From Podarcis erhardii (lineage: Eukaryota), in NCBI GenBank assembly GCA_964252035.1, contig OZ176200.1: DNA of 64,000 nucleotides; one strand, written 5' to 3'. Below the pieces are notes generated by a model. That model saw nothing but the letters and a program-made list of their open reading frames with translations, did not search any database and was not told where the DNA came from. The stretch's first letter is position 1. Every line of letters starts with the position of its first letter. Positions 59,829 to 64,000 of this stretch are shown piece by piece. The translations under genes were made by a program, and so were the position numbers.

Positions 59829-60265
59829 TGTATGTGTACTTGATTAACAACGTAAAGGGAATTGTACTACTCTCTCTAAGTTAGTAGTAGGCAGTGGCAG
59901 CATGTATTTTAAGGGAACTCTGGACACAGCAGAGTAGCTGATGGGCTAATCAAGTGACTGTCTGGAAACAGGCCTTTGTGGGAGACCCAGGGAGCATCCC
60001 ATGTGCCAGCAAAATGAAAATGTCTTTGTAAGCTCATTTGAATATTTAGGCCAAGCCAGAGCTCTTAGTTGAGAGCAGCTCATGCTTGCACAGCCAGCAT
60101 CTGAGACCTAGATCTCACATGGCTGTAACCAGTGCACAGGCTGGTAAGGAAATCACATTTTCCTAGCAATACAATATTTTAGTTTGAATGATGAGAAAAA
60201 ACTGAATATCCCCACAAAAGAAGTACTACCTGGAAAAAAGATGTCCATGTTAGAGCTGAGTATCT

Positions 60266-60296
<31 letters not shown>

Positions 60297-60783
60297 TTTG
60301 TAAAAAGTCCATACTTTGTGAAAATTTCCTTCATTTTTGGGGAGAGCTCTATTAACAGGTGTGAAAGTATTTCCCTGTTCAAAGTGAAAGCAATACTTCT
60401 TGCCCTCTCTCTGCATTTGGTCCGCAGGAATCATCATCAGATTGGCAATATGGTGTCTGCCTTTTCAGAAAAAAGGGCAGGAAGCACTGTCCTCTCTCTG
60501 AATTGGCATGGCTACAATGCTACATTATGATTTTGTGACATCATTATGCTGTCATATTGAGTACTTGAGACCCATTTGGCTGGGATAACATGGCTAGGAA
60601 GCTGAGTAAGAGAGGATTTCAAGTGTGTTTCTGTCCCACATGCTGCTTTCATTGTAAAAATGTTTGCTCATTAAGATTAAACACAGCTCTAATCTGCATC
60701 CTCTGAAACAAATGAGTAACAACTGTCTGGTTTTTTAGAACAAAGATCATATGAAAAGGCTGTACAGATGAATAAGCTTGGGT

Positions 60784-60982
60784 CATGGGCATAGCCAGGG
60801 AGGCAGCTGCCCCCCTGCAATCAAGTAAATACCATAAATAAAAATACTTTACACTGGAACTGGTCTGTGACCGAAATAATAAAATTCATTCATTCAAATA
60901 CTTTACTCACTGATCAATTGCATCACAGATAACTCGGTTCTGCTCCCCCTAACATAAAGCCTCCCCCCTCCCTAAAATCATG
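60784..60982. mobile_element. hAT non-autonomous element with a partly deleted right TIR
   Basis: Left end CATGGGCATAGCCAGG, right end AAAATCATG; perfect TSD GCTTGGGT. Confidence 0.65.
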
Positions 60983-61264
60983 GCTTGGGTGCCTTAGCCA
61001 GGGTTAGACAGCAGGGAATAAAGCTGCCTTGACTCATTCCCAAATTGTTATGTCAGTTTTCTTTTTTACAAAATGTGTTTGGCTAGGTTTAATGCTTCCT
61101 GTTGTTTTGCAGTACCTCTCAGCGTATGGTGTGAAATGAACCTTTGATGTGTGCAAACTACTGGGGTGCACTTTGTTGCTTTCTTCCACACCAGAGGCAG
61201 TACCCATGAACCCCATGTGCTGTGTCCAAAACAATAAGGGGAGGCTGCTGCCTGGTGCCTTGGT

Positions 61265-61370
61265 GCCCTGCTTGAACGCTTCCTCCTTAGAGGCATCTGA
61301 CTGGCCAATAGTTGGAAACAGAATATTGGACTACAAGGACTTTTAATCCAATCCTGCCGAGCTCTTCTTA
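61265..61370 (+). mobile_element. CR1-tail-type SINE/LINE 3' remnant
   Basis: GGAAACAGAATATTGGACTA...CTCTTCTTA; a similar remnant is at about 52050-52155. Confidence 0.4.
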
Positions 61371-62334
61371 GGTTTGTTTCTGCCACCAACCTGCCTCTTG
61401 GTTGAATGCCCTCCTTTCTGACCCTGACCAGATAAACAAGTTTGTTTTTATGCATGCAGTCTGCTGTCTTCCTGCTTCAGTCATGTTGACGAGGCAGACA
61501 CTCTGTGCTATTTTTGGACTCTTGTGGCATTTCTGGTTTGGACCCAGCCTATGGCAAGTGATGCCTTTGGCCTTGCATTTCCTACGGCCACATCATGCCA
61601 CTGTTATATCATGCTGTGGTTTCATTTCAATTAAAAGGCTTGTTGCATTGTGGAACAGGAAGAGGGCAGGGACCTCTCTCCCTCTCTCTCTCATCACCAC
61701 CATCACTAACATATGCAAATGATTTGTTTCATCACACAGTGTGCAACATTGATCATGGCTGGGGGAGGGGGGGAGATCTGTTATCTCTGATTCCTCACAG
61801 AATCTGAAACGCCAGTCCCCATGTAAATATGTAAACATGCACGAGCACTTAGGAAATCTGTGAAGACTACTTATCCTTTGATAATTGTTCCACCTTGGAA
61901 ATAATTGTCTTTGAAAGACGGTTTGTGCTTTTCTAGGTGCTCATCGCTAGAGGAAGCCAAATCCTACTCACGTCTTATTTCTTCTCCTCCTATTTCTTCT
62001 TTGGCTCCTGGTTCTCTCCCTGACCAGAGAGAACCACACTTCTCCTTTCTCCATGAGCTCTCCCCTCTCTCCCTGCTTTTTATATGCTCCTTTCTGCTCC
62101 TTTCCAGCCAAGCCTGCTTCCTACACTCCAGTTATTTATACTCACTTTGTCCTCAAAACCTGGGTTTGTATCTAGACATGGTGGGCCACGCTGTGTTTTG
62201 TGTGAGCGAGGGGAAATTAAGCTATGGCAATGGGGAAAACAAGTCAAGCCTTTCTCATGCACGAGGATCCGACCCAATGCCATATCTGCCACCCGAGTTG
62301 GCCCCTTTCTGCTGACTCACGGCCAAACCACTTA

Positions 62335-62560
62335 CAGTGGTACCTCGGGTTAAGTACTTAATTCATTCCGGAGGTCCGTACTTAACCTGAAACTGTTCTT
62401 AACCTGAAGCACCACTTTAGCTAATGGGGCCTCCTGCTGCCACCGTGCCACCAGAGCATGATTTCTGTTCTCATCCTGAAGCAAAGTTCTTAACCTGAAG
62501 CACTATTTCTGGGTTAGCGGAGTCTGTAACCTGAAGCGTATGTAACCCGAGGTACCACTG
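62335..62560 (+). mobile_element. Tigger-like MITE, copy 5
   Basis: CAGTGGTACCTCGGGTTA...TAACCCGAGGTACCACTG, TA TSD. Confidence 0.9.
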
Positions 62561-63897
62561 TACATTGTAAATGTCCAGCTACCAAGCCTTGTTGCCCAGT
62601 GGCAAAAATGCACTCCATTGGGTCTCTGCAGGGCCTCATGATAAAAAATGATGCCAGGCTTCCGAATCCCTCAGCCCCCAAGTCCTTGCACCTTCTGCTG
62701 CATGGCCCTCTTCATATTCTTCCATGTGGGCTCAATAACACCTCTCCAGCTCTGCCTTTCTAGAAGCTTTGAGCACAGGACAGTGGTGCGCTGTGTGCAG
62801 AACCTCAAGATCCTCCCCTTTCTGGATAAGTGGTGATGGTTATGCCTGCATAGGTGGTGACTGAAGCCAGACAGTTTGTGAAGGAGCGTTCCACTTGAAT
62901 CTCCCCACCCTTTGGTATCATTTGCCTTTGCCTTTTTCCGACTGAGGGAGAAGCAAAGTAAATAGAGCAACATGTCTCCATTTACGATGTGTTCCCTGTA
63001 TTTCTTCCTCAGGTGAACTTCCTCAGGGCAGCGGGGTCCTCACAATTCACGTAGTTGGACTTCCAGGGATCCTTGCCTAAGGAGCCATTTCCCCATGCTG
63101 TGATCATGGGTACACAAACGCCAACACCAGCCCAGTAGACCAGGCACACTGGCTGCAGTGAGCCATTTCTCATCCAGGAATGTTCATCCATTGATGGTGC
63201 AACTTTACAAATCTTTTTATTTTTAAGAAAAGCTGCTTTGAGAGAGGGCAACTGAGGATAGAGAAGTGGCAGAGTAAAAAAAAAAGTGTTAAAATAAGAG
63301 CTTCTCTACACTATTTTATTACATCTGCCAGTAACATGTTCCTCAACCCAACAAAGGTCTTTTAAGTACTATTTCAAATGCATGTCTCAATAAGTTTAAT
63401 ATGTTGGGTCCAGTCATAAAGTAAATGCTAGATTTTATTGTTTTTTGACCCTCTGGGATTATCTTTCCTTTAAAAAAAAAACCTTTAAAAATGAATAAAT
63501 AATGCAAATCATAAAACAGGCAAACACTGTGACCACTTTACTTATTGTGTTTTCCAGATTTTCTTCATTAATATCATTCAACATTCACAATGTTCTTTTT
63601 TATTTTATTTGCTATTCAAGGCACGAAAGCATCTGTTTTGCACCCTGCAGAAATGCTTGCCACATAAAGCACACTGTGCATTTCAACACATCTGCTTTCA
63701 AAAGAGTCCATCAGAACATATGTGGCCTTAAACATCATTCAAATCACAATCCTATTCATGTCAGCTCAGAACCAAGCTCCACAGATTTCAATTTAAGGGT
63801 GTGCATAGGATTTCAGCCCGATATATTTTTCTTTTCTTTGAGAAGCTTACAATCACTGAAGCAATGAACGAGTGGCTTGTTGGACAACGCCACTTGT

Positions 63898-63911
63898 GCT
63901 CCCTCTGCTGG
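63898..63911 (-). promoter_or_regulatory. Candidate CTCF site
   Basis: Minus strand CCAGCAGAGGGAGC matches 13/14 of the core. Confidence 0.4.
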
Positions 63912-64000
63912 GAAGTAGATATATAGAGGGGAGAGGAGAGGTTTTTTAAAAAACAAAAACAAAAATCCTTTTCACAAATCAAGGTCTTATTTGCAAACTA

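Noticed and set aside
1-64000. CRISPR arrays, operons, rRNA or miRNA hairpins
   Set aside because: Eukaryotic DNA with no regularly spaced repeat-spacer structure; no rRNA or conserved miRNA sequence recognised.

Overview
Vertebrate genomic DNA. The repeat repertoire (Sauria SINE, CR1, L2, L1, many hAT and Tc1/pogo-type MITEs) points to a squamate reptile, probably a lacertid lizard; this is inference. I found no host protein-coding exon. The left part has a large CpG-island promoter (~5.8-8.9 kb) with consensus minus-strand splice donors, consistent with non-coding first exon(s) of an unidentified gene running off the left edge. The other ~55 kb is TE-rich intergenic DNA with two very young retroelements. 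(1) A 4.3-kb Ty1/copia LTR element (11654-15978) has LTRs identical by eye, a half-tRNA-iMet primer site and one open Gag-protease-integrase ORF, but no RT/RNase H. It is flanked by a 254-bp perfect direct duplication of host DNA instead of a ~5-bp TSD, and its 5' LTR lacks the first 6 bp. (2) A full-length 5.9-kb L1-clade LINE (32966-38890) has intact ORF1/ORF2, a poly(A) tail and a 20-bp TSD. Smaller oddities: a 26-nt U2 snRNA 5' fragment inserted with its own duplication inside a hAT MITE, a MITE whose flanks are perfect mirror copies, a 130-bp inverted duplicate 1.7 kb apart, and a hAT MITE family carrying TTAGGG units. All alignments and identities were judged by eye; no database search was run.
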